From the NCBI RefSeq assembly GCF_009914755.1, contig NC_060926.1: a stretch of DNA of 64,000 nucleotides, one strand, 5' to 3'. Shown piece by piece: positions 61,433 to 64,000 of this stretch. Each line of letters begins with the position of its first letter. The stretch's first letter is position 1. The notes below the pieces were generated by a model, which saw only the letters and a program-made list of their open reading frames with translations, made no database searches and was not told where the DNA came from. Position numbers and translations under genes: made by a program. This DNA is from the human T2T-CHM13v2.0 reference genome, Homo sapiens.

Positions 61433-64000
61433 GGGGGTGGAGCCAAGATGGCCGAATAGGAACAGCTCCAGTCTACAGCTCCCAGCGTGAGCGACACAGA
61501 AGACGGGTGATTTCTGCATTTCCATCTGAGGTACCGGGTTCATCTCATTAGGGAGTGCCAGACAGTGGGTGCAGGACAGGGGGTGCAGCGCACCATGCGC
61601 CAGCCGAAGCAGGGCGAGGCATTGCCTCACTCAGGAAGGGCAAGGGGTCAGGGAGTTCCCTTTCCTAGTCAAAGAAAGGGGTGACAGATGGCACCTGGAA
61701 AATCGGGTCACTCCCAGCCTAATACTGCGCTTTTCAAACAGGATTAAAAAATGGCACACCAGGAGATTATATCCCGCACGTGGCTCAGAGGGTCCTACGC
61801 CCACGGAGGCTTGCTGATTGATGGCACAGCAGTCTGAGATCAAACTGCAAGGTGGCAGTGAGGCTGGGGGAGGGGCGCCTGCCATTGCCCAGGCTTGATT
61901 CGGTAAACAAAGCAGCCAGGAAGCTCGAACTGCGTGGAGCCCACCACAGCTCAAGGAGGCCTGCCTGCCTCTGTAGGCTCCACCTCTAGGGGCAGGGCAG
62001 AGACAAACAAAAAGACAGCAGTAACCTCTGCAGACTTAAGTGTCCCTATCTGGCAGCTTTGAAGAGAGTAGTGGTTCTCCCAGCACACAGCTGGAGATCT
62101 GAGAATGGGCAGACTGCCTCCTCAAGTGGGTCCCTGACCCCAAAGCAGCCTAACTGGGAGGCACCCCCCAGTAGGGGCAGACTGACACCTCACACGGCCG
62201 GATACTCCTCTGAGACAAAACTTCCAGAGGAACAATCAGGCAGTAGCATTTGCTGTTCACCAAGAGCCACTGTTCTACAGCCACCGCTGTACTGCAGCCA
62301 CCACTGCTGATACCCAGGCAAGCAGGGTCTGGAGTGGACCTCTAGCAAACTCCAACAGACCTGCAGCTGAGGGTCCTGTCTGTTAGAAGGAAAACTAACA
62401 AACAGAAAGGACATCCACACCAAAAACTCTTCTGTACGTCACCATCATCAAAGGCCAAAAGTAGATAAAACCACAAAGATGGGGAAAAAACAGAACAGAA
62501 AAACTGGAAACTCTAAAAAGCAGAGCGCCTCTCCTCCTCCAAAGGAACGCAGCTCCTCACCACCAATGGAACAAAGCTGGACGGAGAATGACTTTGACGA
62601 ATTGAGAGAAGAAGACTTCAGATGATCAAACTACTCTGAGCTACAGGAGGAAATTCAAACCAATGGCAAAGAAGTTAAAAACTTTGAAAAAAATTAGAAA
62701 AATGGATAACTAGAATAACCAATGCAGAGAAGTCCTTAAAGGAGCTGATGGAGCTGAAAGCCAAGGCTCGAGAACTACGTGAAGAATGCAGAAGCCTCAG
62801 GAGCCGATGCGATCAACTGGAAGAAAGGGTATCAGTGATGGAAGATGAAATGAATGAAATGAAGGGCGAAGGGAAGTTTAGAGAAAAAAGAATAAAAAGA
62901 AACAAACAAAGCCTCCAAGAAACATGGGACTATGTGAAAAGACCAAATCTACATCTGATTGGTGTACCAGAAAGTGATGGGGAGAATGGAACCAAGTTGG
63001 AAAACACTCTGCAGGATATTATCCAGGAGAACTTCCCCAATCTAGCAAGGTAGGCCAACATTCAGATTCAGGAAATACAGAGAATGCCACAAAGATAATC
63101 CTCGAGAAGAGCAACTCCAAGACATATAATTGTCAGATTCACCAAAGTTGAAATGAAGGAAAAAAATGTTAAGGGCAGTCAGAGAGAAAGGTCAGGTTAC
63201 CCACAAAGGGAAGCGCATCAGACTAACAGCGGATCTCTCGGCAGAAACTCTACAAGCCAGAAGAGAGTGGGGGCCAATATTCAACATTCTTAAGGAAAGA
63301 ATTTTAAACCCAGAATTTCATATCCAGCCAAACTAAGCTTCATAAGTGAAGGAGAAATAAAATACTTCACAGACAAGCAAATGCTGAGAGATTTTGTCAC
63401 CACCAGGCCTGCCCTAAAAGAGCTCCTGAAAGAAGTGCTAAACATGGAAAGGCACAACCAGTACCAGCCGCTGCAAAATCATGCCAAAATGTAAAGACCA
63501 TCGAGACTAGGAAGAAACTGCATCAACTAATGAGCAAAATAACCAGCTAACATCATAATGACAGGATCAAATTCACACATAACAATATTAACTTTAAATG
63601 TAAAGGGACTAAATGCTCCAATTAAAAGACACAGACTGGCAAATTGGATAAAGAGTCAAGACCCATCAGTGTGCTGTATTCAGGAAACCCATCTCACCTG
63701 CAGAGACACACATAGGCTCAAAATAAAGGGATAGAGGAAGATCTACCAAGCAATGGAAAACAAAAAAAGACAGGGGTTGCAATCCTAGTCTCTGATAAAA
63801 CAGACTTTAAACCAACAAAGATCAAAAGAGACAAAGAAGGCCATTACATGATGGTAAAGGGATCAATTCAACAAGAAGAGCTAACTATCCTAAATATATA
63901 TGCACCCAATACAGGAGCACCCAGATTCATAAAGCAAGTCCTGAGTGACCTACAAAGAGACTTGGACTCCCACACAATCATAATGGGAGACTTTAAAACC
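61433..64000 (+). mobile_element. L1PA (L1PA4/5-like), copy 5, 5' part only; continues beyond the window; ORFs disrupted
   Basis: GGGGGTGGAGCCAAGATGGCCGAATAGG, long-form 5'UTR, ORF1 ATG at 62479 with stops, ORF2 EN start at 63558. Confidence 0.97.

Overview
AT-rich primate genomic DNA, probably human or great ape (AluY and an L1PA2-type element are present). I find no intact host protein-coding gene. About 37% of the window is five young L1PA elements, all on the + strand: one 5'-truncated, three full-length with their own TSDs, and one running off the right edge. The rest includes six Alus, a twin-primed older L1, MaLR/ERVL/ERV1 solo LTRs, and old L1M, L2 and MIR relics. Three things stand out. 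(1) The neighbouring L1s inserted independently and are of different ages, yet they share non-consensus variants in a reticulate pattern. One is an identical TTA>TGA nonsense change in the ORF2 CCHC motif of all four copies that cover it, which points to local L1-to-L1 gene conversion. (2) A chain of AG..GT bounded segments, several phase-compatible, with scattered stops looks like a fossil multi-exon gene on the + strand; I cannot name it. (3) There are two template-switch-like inverted duplications, at 2923-3340 and 50670-51024. Subfamily names and consensus states are from memory and need confirming with RepeatMasker/Dfam.
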